A DNA stretch of 64,000 nt from Christensenella sp. UBA1214 (GTDB lineage: Bacteria > Bacillota > Clostridia > Christensenellales > CAG-138): contig DBXK01000012.1 in the NCBI GenBank assembly GCA_002309375.1, positions 84,009 through 148,008 on the forward strand, read 5' to 3'. The position numbers and the translations under genes were made by a program. Position 1 is the stretch's first letter. Each line of letters opens with the position of its first letter. The notes beneath the pieces were generated by a model. That model searched no databases. It worked only from the letters and a program-made list of their open reading frames with translations, and had not been told where the DNA came from. Positions 25,191-34,206 of the stretch are shown piece after piece.

Positions 25191-26111
25191 ATGAACCTTC
25201 TGATCACAGGCGCATGGCAGGGCGCGAAAGAGCATCTGCCGGAAATCGAAGCTCTCGGCCACTCCGTTGTTTTCATGCAAATGGAGAAGGATGAGCTTCC
25301 CTGTGATCCGAAATGGGTCGAAGGCGTTGTCTGCAACGGCCTTTTCCTGCATCACCCGATCTCCGTATTCCCGAACCTTAGGTTCATCCAGCTCACCAGC
25401 GCCGGTTACGATCGTGTGGACATGGATTACGTCCGTGCCCACAGCATAGAGATCAAAAACGCAAGAGGCGTTTACAGCATCCCAATGGCGGAATTTGCAG
25501 TTTCCGGCGTGCTGCAGCTTTATAAACAAGCGCGGTTCTTTTATGATAACCAGAAGACGCACAGATGGGAGAAGCATCGCGGACTGATGGAACTGCACGG
25601 CAAAACAGTCGTGATCGTCGGCTGCGGAAGCGTCGGAACGGAGTGCGCAAAGCGCTTCGGCGCTTTCGGCTGCAGGATCGTCGGCATTGATATCATCCAA
25701 AGAGCTGACGAGGCATATGAACGCATCCTGCCGCTCGAAAAGCTCGACGAGCTGCTGCCTTCTGCGGATATCCTGGTTCTGACCGTCCCGCTCACGCAGC
25801 AGACCGAAAACCTGATCGACCGCCGTCGGCTCGGGCTGCTGCCGGCAAGAGCTGTCGTCGTCAATATCGCCCGCGGAAAGATCGCCGATGAAACCGCGAT
25901 CGCCGATCTCCTCACGGAGGGTCGACTTGCCGGCGCGGTAATCGACGTTTTCGGGAACGAACCGCTTCCGGCGGATTCGCCCCTGTGGGATGCACCCAAC
26001 CTGATCGCAACCCCGCATAACAGCTTTGTCGGGGAAGGGAATGCACATCGATTGAATATGTGCATTATTAAAACGGTTGTTGAGGGAGATTGTTGCAATG
26101 ATAGGCATTAA
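25191..26111 (+). CDS. D-isomer-specific 2-hydroxyacid dehydrogenase (NAD-binding)
   Basis: GKTVVIVGCGSVGTECAKR (Rossmann fold), VVVNIARG, ATPHNS. The last ~20 codons fall inside the low-GC island sequence. Confidence 0.85.
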   Translation: MNLLITGAWQGAKEHLPEIEALGHSVVFMQMEKDELPCDPKWVEGVVCNGLFLHHPISVFPNLRFIQLTSAGYDRVDMDYVRAHSIEIKNARGVYSIPMAEFAVSGVLQLYKQARFFYDNQKTHRWEKHRGLMELHGKTVVIVGCGSVGTECAKRFGAFGCRIVGIDIIQRADEAYERILPLEKLDELLPSADILVLTVPLTQQTENLIDRRRLGLLPARAVVVNIARGKIADETAIADLLTEGRLAGAVIDVFGNEPLPADSPLWDAPNLIATPHNSFVGEGNAHRLNMCIIKTVVEGDCCNDRH

Positions 26112-27183
26112 AGGAATCATATCAGGTTCTATTAATAGGATAAGCGAGAATCATTTGCGAAATGTTCATAGCAGAATGGCTTTAGCGAGCTTGAATGAAC
26201 ACGGGAAACAATGCCGTCTGACAAAAGAAGAGAATGATGCCATTAGTTGCCTTTGGAAGCAAATCGGTTATAGAGACAGAAATGAATGGCATCGCCTTTA
26301 TAAAGCCGTGAACAGTTTTGACGCACGATATGTACCGAATGACGTCTACGGCTTAGAACTTTTGCCGAGACTGAATTCAACGAAACTATTGGCTGCATGG
26401 GATGATAAAGCTTATTACCAAAGATTCTTTCCCTATATAAGGCAACCTTCCACTGTTGCATTTGTCATTGACGGTGCTTTTTATGATAAAAAGTATTCTG
26501 CTGTAGATGTTAGTTCTGTATCTATGATGCTTATAGACAGCTACGACAGGGTTATTATAAAACCATCTTACGGATTGGAAGGACGAGGAGTAGAGCTCGT
26601 TGAGACTAAAGAACATGACTGTTCTTCTTTAAAAGAAAAACTCTTATCATATGGAAGGAACTATGTTGTTCAGGAAGTCATCAGGCAGCATAAATCATTA
26701 GCTGTTTATAATAATAGTTCTGTTAATCCGATTCGAATAATGACATTAAGAATGAATGGTGTTATCCACTACCTTCATTCGACACTTCGGTTTGGTATTC
26801 CAGGTTCAAATACTGATATAAGTTTTATCGGCAAAAAAGAAATTGCAAGAGTTTGTGCAGTAAGCAATCAAGGAGATGTATCGAAGGTTTGGTTTGATAC
26901 AGATGGGAAAAAGCATTCAATATCGGACTTGAGGGTTTATGAACAAGAAAGGATTCCCGGATTTGGGAAAATAATTGATATAGCGACATCCGTACACGAA
27001 GGCCTTCAACATTTTGACTTAGTAGGTTGCGATTTCACGATTGACCAACATGAGGAGCCAATACTGATTGAATACAATGTATTCTGGCCCGGTATTATTT
27101 TCCCTCAGTACTGCCATGGTCCTCTGTTCGGCGAATTAACAGATGAATTAATCTCATACCTTGAGAATAAGCCAAAGAAATGA
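26098..27183 (+). CDS. Sugar-transfer-associated ATP-grasp family protein (1)
   Basis: Start at 26098 behind GAGGGAG. IIKPSYGLEGRGVELV...YVVQEVIRQH...CDFTIDQHEEPILIEYN is an ATP-grasp core pattern. GC is about 35-38%. Confidence 0.65.
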   Translation: MIGIKGIISGSINRISENHLRNVHSRMALASLNEHGKQCRLTKEENDAISCLWKQIGYRDRNEWHRLYKAVNSFDARYVPNDVYGLELLPRLNSTKLLAAWDDKAYYQRFFPYIRQPSTVAFVIDGAFYDKKYSAVDVSSVSMMLIDSYDRVIIKPSYGLEGRGVELVETKEHDCSSLKEKLLSYGRNYVVQEVIRQHKSLAVYNNSSVNPIRIMTLRMNGVIHYLHSTLRFGIPGSNTDISFIGKKEIARVCAVSNQGDVSKVWFDTDGKKHSISDLRVYEQERIPGFGKIIDIATSVHEGLQHFDLVGCDFTIDQHEEPILIEYNVFWPGIIFPQYCHGPLFGELTDELISYLENKPKK

Positions 27184-27212
27184 TTTAGATGTGACTTCGG
27201 GAGAACGAGAGA

Positions 27213-28193
27213 ATGCAACTTTCTGATATTACAAAAATCAAAGGTTATTATGATGATTTAATCAAAGCAGGAGACGGTTTGCTTCTGGAAAAGCATATCG
27301 GCGCTCAAGCTTTCACAATTAAGGCAATTATCAGTTTCGTAGTCTACGGAACCAGCTTTTCAGAGTTTGCCGGTTACGGATTCTATGGTAAAAAACGTAA
27401 AGAAAAAAGAAACTATATGACCAGACGGCATATGTTTCGTTTTTTTGATAAATACAACCCTGTGGAGTTCAGAAACAGAATTGGCGACAAATCACTGGCA
27501 GCACAGTATTATTCTGATTTCATGAAAAGGGAACAGTATGTGAAGAATGAAGGCTATGAAAAGTTCATTGAATTTTCATCACGCTATCGAGAGTTGTTTA
27601 TAAAAAAAGCAGTTGGATGGGGTGGCGAAGGCGCAAGAATTGAGAAAATTGAGTGCGCTGATGATGCCAGACATGTTTGGGAGACTCTCACTGACGAGGT
27701 TGTTGTTGAACCTGTGATTAAGAATCATGACGCCTTAAAAGAAGTGTACCCTGAATCTCTGAACACTATTAAACTAACGGTACTGCAAACAAAGAGTCAA
27801 CCGGTTGTTGTAACCGCGATTATTCGCTTCGGTAATAACACAATAGTTGACAATGTACATTCCGGAGGAATGGCTGCAGGCATCAATGTTGGATCAGGAC
27901 TTATTGAAACACCGGCAACGGATAAGCATTTTACAGAGTATAAGAATCATCCGATAACCAACAAAGCCATTTTGGGTATGACAATTCCGAAGTGGAACGA
28001 AATCAAAGAGCTTGCTATAGACGCTTCAAGAGTAACCCCTCAATTGCGTTATACTTCATGGGACATTGCTTTGACAAACGAAGGCCCTGTAATGATTGAA
28101 GGAAACTGGGACGCAGAGTTTTATATGGAACAAAGGCTGTATAACAGGGGACATAGAAAACTGTTTACAGGTATTCTGGAAGGAAGAGTATGA
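27213..28193 (+). CDS. Sugar-transfer-associated ATP-grasp family protein (2)
   Basis: FIKKAVGWGGEGARIEKI...VVEPVIKNH...DNVHSGGMAAGINVGSG...SWDIALTNEGPVMIEGNWDAEF matches the ATPgrasp_ST-like pattern. Confidence 0.7.
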   Translation: MQLSDITKIKGYYDDLIKAGDGLLLEKHIGAQAFTIKAIISFVVYGTSFSEFAGYGFYGKKRKEKRNYMTRRHMFRFFDKYNPVEFRNRIGDKSLAAQYYSDFMKREQYVKNEGYEKFIEFSSRYRELFIKKAVGWGGEGARIEKIECADDARHVWETLTDEVVVEPVIKNHDALKEVYPESLNTIKLTVLQTKSQPVVVTAIIRFGNNTIVDNVHSGGMAAGINVGSGLIETPATDKHFTEYKNHPITNKAILGMTIPKWNEIKELAIDASRVTPQLRYTSWDIALTNEGPVMIEGNWDAEFYMEQRLYNRGHRKLFTGILEGRV

Positions 28194-29740
28194 CCGATTG
28201 GAGCCAGAGTTTATATACCTTTGGATATCTGCTCACTGATGATGAGGAGACGGCTTTGGGTTGCCTTCCAATCCTGCTTGATTGGCAAACGGAGCATATT
28301 TGCAAGTATACTCTGTTTGTACATCCTGAACAGAAGTATCATATCCACTCTGCATCAGATTGCGTTTATTTGCTGGTCGGACATGCATATGATCCTTTTT
28401 CAATGATATCTGATGAGCGCATTATTCTTGAACATCTTGCTTCTATGAAATCGGAGTCGGAAGAGTATCAGAACAGCTTCGATCAATTGACAGGTGTTTT
28501 TTTCTACGCGATTATACGTAATAATGCTATTGATGCCACTTGTGATTGCGCTGGGATGCTTGGGGCTAATTATGCATTGATAAACGGAAAAACATGCTTT
28601 TCTGCATATAGTCAGATGATTGCGGAAATATATAGCCTTAAAGAAGATCCGTACGTAACAAAGCTTAAAAAATCAAAGCTGTTTCACTGGTATGGGTGGT
28701 ATCTTCCGGCAGACTCGACCTCATACGCCGAAGTAAAACGCATAGTCCCCAATACTGAGGTTAGAATCACGGATGAAGTCCAAATCCGTAGGTTCTATCC
28801 GCGTAAGGCATATTCTGAAGTCGATAGTGAAACTTATAATACTCAAGTTAAAACGATCAGCAGGATTATGAATAATAACATGCGGCTGATTGCGCAAAAA
28901 TGGGATCGCCCTTCGATCTCACTTACTGGAGGAACCGACAGTAAAACAACACTGGCATGCGCAAAAGATGTTCAAGACAAATTCGCGTATTTCAGCTATA
29001 TTTCGCTGCCACGTGAAGAAGTCGATGCGCTTGCAGCTCGTAAGATTTGCGAGGCATTGGAACTTCAACACCGGATTTTCAGCATAGACACAAATCCTAA
29101 GAAGTATCCGGACTATGATGATGTATCTGCTTTGCTTGAACGTCATTATGAGTTTTTAGGCAAGGCAAACTCAAACGATATTTGTAAAAGGATCGTACTA
29201 AAAGAACAATTCGAATACGATGTAGAGGTGAAATCCTGGGTATCGGAAGTAGCACGTGCAAGCCGCTATAGAAGATATGGTAAAAAAAGATTCCCGAAAA
29301 AGATTCGTGCAAGAATGCTGACATCCATGTATAAAGTCTTTATAATAGACCGAGGGAATGCAGTCCGAACTGATAAACGATTCAGAGATTACCTCAACAA
29401 TACGGGACTAAGGCAGGCAATAAAGGATACAGGATATCCTTGGACTGAATTCTTTGTTTGGGAGATCGTTTTTGGAGGTTGGGGAGGGCTCGCTCTGACA
29501 GGTGAGCACATGCTTACGAATGAAATAACCGTTCCGTATAACAACCGTGCCTTATTGGACCTTATGCTGCGTACTCCGTTGGAAAAGCGGATGAATGATC
29601 AACTGCATAAAGACCTGATCCATGTAATGGACATACGAATCGAACAGCTTGGCATTCATGTTGTTAATGGAAATGAAACCAAGCAAAGAGAATTGTTTGA
29701 GCGGATTTATTTCCAGATTAACAACATCCTACCATGGTGA
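28190..29740 (+). CDS. Asparagine-synthetase-like PP-loop (adenylating) enzyme lacking the N-terminal catalytic Cys
   Basis: 516 aa. ISLTGGTDSKTTLACAKD (SGGxDS-type PP-loop) sits at about residue 240, as in AsnB-fold enzymes. The N-terminus is MTDWSQ, with no Cys2 nucleophile. Confidence 0.5.
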   Translation: MTDWSQSLYTFGYLLTDDEETALGCLPILLDWQTEHICKYTLFVHPEQKYHIHSASDCVYLLVGHAYDPFSMISDERIILEHLASMKSESEEYQNSFDQLTGVFFYAIIRNNAIDATCDCAGMLGANYALINGKTCFSAYSQMIAEIYSLKEDPYVTKLKKSKLFHWYGWYLPADSTSYAEVKRIVPNTEVRITDEVQIRRFYPRKAYSEVDSETYNTQVKTISRIMNNNMRLIAQKWDRPSISLTGGTDSKTTLACAKDVQDKFAYFSYISLPREEVDALAARKICEALELQHRIFSIDTNPKKYPDYDDVSALLERHYEFLGKANSNDICKRIVLKEQFEYDVEVKSWVSEVARASRYRRYGKKRFPKKIRARMLTSMYKVFIIDRGNAVRTDKRFRDYLNNTGLRQAIKDTGYPWTEFFVWEIVFGGWGGLALTGEHMLTNEITVPYNNRALLDLMLRTPLEKRMNDQLHKDLIHVMDIRIEQLGIHVVNGNETKQRELFERIYFQINNILPW

Positions 29741-29743
29741 CAC

Positions 29744-29796
29744 GTCTCGAACATGAAAAGCAAATATAGCTTCAGAATTAAACGTTGTGTTCGAGA
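29744..29796. repeat. 10-bp perfect inverted repeat at the low-GC/high-GC junction
   Basis: GTCTCGAACA (29744-29753) and TGTTCGAGAC (29787-29796) with a 33-nt AT-rich loop, 4 nt after the stop of the AsnB-like gene. Confidence 0.6.
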
Positions 29797-29830
29797 CTGA
29801 ATTAATAACGAGAGAGACTGGACACTCAAA

Positions 29831-30973
29831 ATGAAGATCCTTTACACCGCAACCGTTCTGTCGCATATCTGCCAGTTCCACCTGCCGCACATGAAAGCGC
29901 TGCAGGAAGAGGGCTGGGAGGTCCACGTTGCCGCGCACGACAATCTTGCGGTCAAGAACGGACTTGCACTCAAATACTGCGATAAGTTCATCGAGATGCC
30001 TTTCGACCGCTCGCCGAAGAGCCCAAGCAATCTTAGGGCGAAGAAACAGCTCAAAAAGCTGCTTGAGGAAGTGCATTACGACGTGATCCTCTGCAATACG
30101 CCTATGGGCGGCATTATCACCCGCCGGGCCGCAAAGAAAACGCGCAGACAGGGGACGAAGGTCATTTACATGGCCCACGGATTCCACTTCTTCAAGGGCG
30201 CGCCGAAATCGGGCTGGCTCATCTACTACCCGATCGAGAAGCACATGGCGAAGCTTTGCGATCTGCTTATCACCGTCAATGAGGAGGATTACGCTCTCGC
30301 AAAGGAGCGCTTCGGAAAGCGTACGAAAGTCGCCCATATCCACGGCGTTGGCGTCGACGAAGAGCGCTTCCATCCCTCGACGGCGGAGGAGCAAAGAGCA
30401 ATGCGTAAGGCTGAGGGCCTCGACGAAGATGATTTTGTGATCCTCTGCACCGGCGAGCTGAACGAAAACAAGAACCAGAGCACGCTGATCCGCGCGGCGG
30501 CCATGGTGCGGGACAGGATCCCGAAGCTGAAGGTCCTTCTCGCGGGCAACGGTCCGAAAGAGCAGGAGCTGCGCGATCTGACAGCCTCTCTCGGCCTCGG
30601 GGAAGTCGTGAAGTTTCTCGACTATCGTCCGGATCTCGAGCGCGTCACCCCTGCAGTCGATCTCGTCGTTTCCTGCAGCTTCCGCGAAGGTATGCCGCTG
30701 AATATTATCGAAGCGATGCTTTGCAAAAAGCCCGTTGTCGCTTCGCATAACAGGGGGCATGACGAACTGGTGACGGAAGAAACCGGAGTGTTGATCGATC
30801 CGCTTGATGTCGAGGGTTTATGTTCGAATATAGCCAATCTTGCGGAGAATAAAAAACGGATGAAGATCATGGGCGAAGCTGCATTTGTGCGCGCCCGATA
30901 TTATTCTGTTGGATATGTAAAGCAAGAGCTTTGGGGCGTCTTGCTTGATGCTATAAAATTCAAAAGGTTATAA
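29831..30973 (+). CDS. Glycosyltransferase family 4
   Basis: 380 aa with a GT-B fold and the C-terminal motif SFREGMPLNIIEAMLCKKPVVAS. Confidence 0.85.
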   Translation: MKILYTATVLSHICQFHLPHMKALQEEGWEVHVAAHDNLAVKNGLALKYCDKFIEMPFDRSPKSPSNLRAKKQLKKLLEEVHYDVILCNTPMGGIITRRAAKKTRRQGTKVIYMAHGFHFFKGAPKSGWLIYYPIEKHMAKLCDLLITVNEEDYALAKERFGKRTKVAHIHGVGVDEERFHPSTAEEQRAMRKAEGLDEDDFVILCTGELNENKNQSTLIRAAAMVRDRIPKLKVLLAGNGPKEQELRDLTASLGLGEVVKFLDYRPDLERVTPAVDLVVSCSFREGMPLNIIEAMLCKKPVVASHNRGHDELVTEETGVLIDPLDVEGLCSNIANLAENKKRMKIMGEAAFVRARYYSVGYVKQELWGVLLDAIKFKRL

Positions 30974-30975
30974 CC

Positions 30976-32091
30976 ATGAAGGTTGGCATACTGACACACT
31001 ATAACGTGTACAATATGGGCGCTCAGCTGCAGATGATGTCTCTTGAAGCGTACCTAAAAGAGCTTGGGCATGAAGTCTCAATACTCACTTATGAAAAGAA
31101 TTTCGACTTTTTAGAGGGCGAAAAGGATCGCAACAGCGCATCATGGAAAGCGCTGCCGTTCTACATTAAGCACTATCTTTTTGAAAAAGGCCCCGGTCTT
31201 ACGTTGTTTAACTACCGCAAGGTTAAGGCGATCAATCGTTCATTAGCATCACATAGTTTTGCGCCTTTTGACAAAAGCGGATGCGATGCTGTCATAATCG
31301 GCAGCGACGAAGTGTTCAGCATAGACGTTGGTCTTAACAAAATGATGTTTGGTTATGGCCTTGGCGGCGTCCCGGCTATAGCGTATGCTCCGGCATTCGG
31401 AAGGACCACTGAAGACATTCTCAAAGAGCATGATTGTTGGCAGCTTGTCAGCGATGGACTGAAAAGCATGTTTATGCTATCAGCCCGGGATTCACATACC
31501 CGCGATATGATAAAAAACATGGCAGGACGAGATGTGCCGCTTGTATGTGATCCTGTACTGTTGTATAATGGAAGTGCTTTCGAAGGCACGGTCAAGCCGA
31601 TAGGCAAGCCCTATTTGCTCGTGTATTCATATGATTCGAATATGACCGATAAGGACGAGATACGAGCTATCCGCTCTTATGCCGAGAAACACCACATGAT
31701 TACAGTCTCGGCCGGGACTTACCATTCCTGGTGTGACAGGAACATCGTTTGCGGTCCCGTGGAATGGTATCGGTATTTCAAAGAGGCGGAATGTGTGGTG
31801 ACAGACACATTCCACGGCAGCGTTGTCGCAATGAAAAACCACTGCAATACCGCTGTATTCATCCGTAAGAGCATCAATGCTTTTAAGCTTGAGTCATTGC
31901 TTGATGTGACAGGAATGAACGAACGGCGGTTGAGTGCAATTACAGAACAAGAGCTTGAACGAGTCTTGTCTGATTCAATTGATTATACTGAAACAGACAG
32001 ACGAATTCGTGAACTTGCCGCTCGAAGCGCCGCTTACCTTACGGATGCCTTGGAACGTTTAAAAAATGGAGAATGCAACAAAGAAAACTGA
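30976..32091 (+). CDS. Polysaccharide pyruvyl transferase family protein
   Basis: MKVGILTHYNVYNMGAQLQMMSL...VVTDTFHGSVVAM matches the PF04230 pattern. Confidence 0.8.
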   Translation: MKVGILTHYNVYNMGAQLQMMSLEAYLKELGHEVSILTYEKNFDFLEGEKDRNSASWKALPFYIKHYLFEKGPGLTLFNYRKVKAINRSLASHSFAPFDKSGCDAVIIGSDEVFSIDVGLNKMMFGYGLGGVPAIAYAPAFGRTTEDILKEHDCWQLVSDGLKSMFMLSARDSHTRDMIKNMAGRDVPLVCDPVLLYNGSAFEGTVKPIGKPYLLVYSYDSNMTDKDEIRAIRSYAEKHHMITVSAGTYHSWCDRNIVCGPVEWYRYFKEAECVVTDTFHGSVVAMKNHCNTAVFIRKSINAFKLESLLDVTGMNERRLSAITEQELERVLSDSIDYTETDRRIRELAARSAAYLTDALERLKNGECNKEN

Positions 32092-33286
32092 ATATCCGTG
32101 CTCTGGCTGCGGGGCATGCGCTGCAGTGTGTTCAAGCAAAGCGATAACTCTTGAGCAAGATGACGCCGGATTCCTTATTGCTTCTGTTGATGCTGCCAAA
32201 TGTGTGAACTGCGGAATATGTGTAAAGGTCTGCTATAGGTTTTTCAACAACGATGCCGGAGCTGACCTTCGTAAAGCAAAACTATATGCGGTTCAAAGCA
32301 CTGACGGCGAAACATTAAAGCGTTGCTCATCCGGCGGCCTTGCACATGAACTTGCGTTGGATGCAATACGCGGCGGCAGCAAGGCGATCGGAGCCGTATA
32401 TGATACAGCGACCGATCGTGTCTTTCACCGGATAGTTGTTGACGAATCAGGCGTTGCGGAACTCGACGGTTCAAAATACCTACAAAGCGATACGCAGGAA
32501 GCGTTTTCAAAAGCGATACACGAGGCAGTACGGGACAAAGCTGCACGCTTCATCGTATTCGGCACACCTTGCCAGATCGCGGGTATAGCCAAAGCCGGCG
32601 ATTTGCTCGACATTCGGGAGCAGTTTCTGCTCACGGAGATATTCTGTCACGGGGTGCCGCCTTATGGACTTTGGCAATACCAGCTGCAGCGGATGCGAAA
32701 AAAGCTGCGCGCTCAAAGACTTGAGAAAGTGCTTTTCCGCAGCAAAAAAGATGGATGGCACAGCTACTGCATACGCGCGGACGCCAACGGGAAAAGCTTT
32801 TTCGGCTCTCGTGAAAGAGAACCTTTCTGGCACGTGTATTTCGAGAACGTGCTATTGGGCGACGCCTGCATGACCTGCCGCTTGCGCAAGGAGATTTCAC
32901 TCGCAGATCTAAGGATCGGTGATTATTGGGGAGTACGCTACCAAAATCGAAACGACGGCGTTTCAGCAGCTTTTGCCTGCACTGTTCGCGGTAAAGCAGC
33001 TATCGATAGACTGCTCGCGGACGGGCGGCTTACGGAATTGGATCCGGGAACTCCGGATGAAATGCTGCGTGCGCAGAATATGGAGGGATACTCCGTTCAA
33101 AAGCCGCATGATGAAAGCATGCAGTTGCTGCGGCATGGAGCATCCATACCGGAAGCGGTGCGTGCATATCGTCGGCATGATTCCGTAAAACGCAGGATGA
33201 AAAGGACTGCTTTGCACATTGCCGGCATTTTGCCGGGCGGGTTGCGAGGACGGCTAAAAAGAACAAAAGGCAAAATAATGCACTGA
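32066..33286 (+). CDS. FrhB/FdhB-like (coenzyme F420 hydrogenase beta family) Fe-S flavoprotein
   Basis: N-terminal 2x[4Fe-4S] ferredoxin motifs CSGCGACAAVC and CVNCGICVKVC, then an FrhB-like core (VFGTPCQIAG). It overlaps the pyruvyl transferase gene by 26 nt. Confidence 0.8.
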   Translation: MENATKKTEYPCSGCGACAAVCSSKAITLEQDDAGFLIASVDAAKCVNCGICVKVCYRFFNNDAGADLRKAKLYAVQSTDGETLKRCSSGGLAHELALDAIRGGSKAIGAVYDTATDRVFHRIVVDESGVAELDGSKYLQSDTQEAFSKAIHEAVRDKAARFIVFGTPCQIAGIAKAGDLLDIREQFLLTEIFCHGVPPYGLWQYQLQRMRKKLRAQRLEKVLFRSKKDGWHSYCIRADANGKSFFGSREREPFWHVYFENVLLGDACMTCRLRKEISLADLRIGDYWGVRYQNRNDGVSAAFACTVRGKAAIDRLLADGRLTELDPGTPDEMLRAQNMEGYSVQKPHDESMQLLRHGASIPEAVRAYRRHDSVKRRMKRTALHIAGILPGGLRGRLKRTKGKIMH

Positions 33287-33305
33287 TTCGGGACAATAAG
33301 AGACT

Positions 33306-34190
33306 ATGGCGCTGCTGACCGTTGTTACACCAACATACAATAGGGCGGATTGCCTGCAGTCATGCTGCAAGGCACTTCTTGCTCAAACGGTTTTTTCCTT
33401 TCAATGGCTGATCGTTGATGATGGCAGTACCGATGGTACAGATATGATCGTGCGGGAAATGCAGGCGAGTACGGATCGGTTCCCGATAGACTATGTTAAG
33501 AAGGAAAACGGGGGAAAACATACGGCCTTAAATGCAGCGCATCCGTACATAAAAGGCGATTACGTTGTTGTTCTGGACAGTGACGATGCGTTTACTCCCA
33601 ACGCGGTAGAGAGTATCCTAAATGCATGGAAAAGCTTTGAAAACGATGAAAGTGTTGGGCGGATAATATTCCTCAAAGGCACTTCTGCCGATTCGCCAGT
33701 TTGTTGGGTTGCCCATCCAGGCATTCCCCTTGACACCCTAAAAGAGCCGAGGATAGGTTCAATTGGTCGGGATTGCTGTGATACATTCCGTGCGGAGCTG
33801 TTTAAAAAATACAGATTCCCGGAGTTCGAAGGAGAAAAATTCATTGGCGAAGGAGCGGCTTTCTTCCCGATGGAACTCGAGTCAAAAGGCGTCTACTATA
33901 ATGAAGTGATTTACCTTTGTTCCTATCGTGAGGATGGCCTTACAAAGGCCGGACGTGGAATGAGGGTAATGAACCCCAAAGGCGGAATGTACAATTCCAA
34001 GACCTATATGCACCCTCGCCTGCCTCTGAAAACCAGGGTGAAAAAGGGGATCCTGTATTCCTGTTATGCAAAGTTTGCGGGAGTCGGATTCAAAGAAATG
34101 ATGAAGGATAACCCGTATCGTTTTATGACTGTAACGACCTATTTGCCCGGACGCGTCCTTGCGGCATATTGGAAAAGAAAACACCTTTGA
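33306..34190 (+). CDS. Glycosyltransferase family 2
   Basis: LTVVTPTYNRADCL...WLIVDDGSTDGT...VVVLDSDD. Confidence 0.85.
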   Translation: MALLTVVTPTYNRADCLQSCCKALLAQTVFSFQWLIVDDGSTDGTDMIVREMQASTDRFPIDYVKKENGGKHTALNAAHPYIKGDYVVVLDSDDAFTPNAVESILNAWKSFENDESVGRIIFLKGTSADSPVCWVAHPGIPLDTLKEPRIGSIGRDCCDTFRAELFKKYRFPEFEGEKFIGEGAAFFPMELESKGVYYNEVIYLCSYREDGLTKAGRGMRVMNPKGGMYNSKTYMHPRLPLKTRVKKGILYSCYAKFAGVGFKEMMKDNPYRFMTVTTYLPGRVLAAYWKRKHL

Positions 34191-34206
34191 CCGAAGGGGG
34201 AATCCT

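Noticed and set aside
28190-29740. The AsnB-like PP-loop protein as the missing lasso cyclase for the PqqD operon
   Set aside because: It lies 18 kb away on the other strand, inside a low-GC glycan-modification island and translationally coupled to ATP-grasp genes. There is still no B2 protease or precursor. A role in uronic-acid or glycan amidation fits the context better.
25155-30760. Minus-strand ORFs 25155-26120 and 29729-30760, and similar ORFs at 37760-38746, 55261-55941, 56023-56682, 57576-58397, 58765-59967, 60185-60895, 62004-63122 and 63302-63898
   Set aside because: Each is antisense to a plus-strand gene with clear motifs (2-hydroxyacid dehydrogenase, GT4, RfbB, RfbD-C, phosphoesterase, lipoprotein, ABC components, CitE). 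None has a plausible start context.
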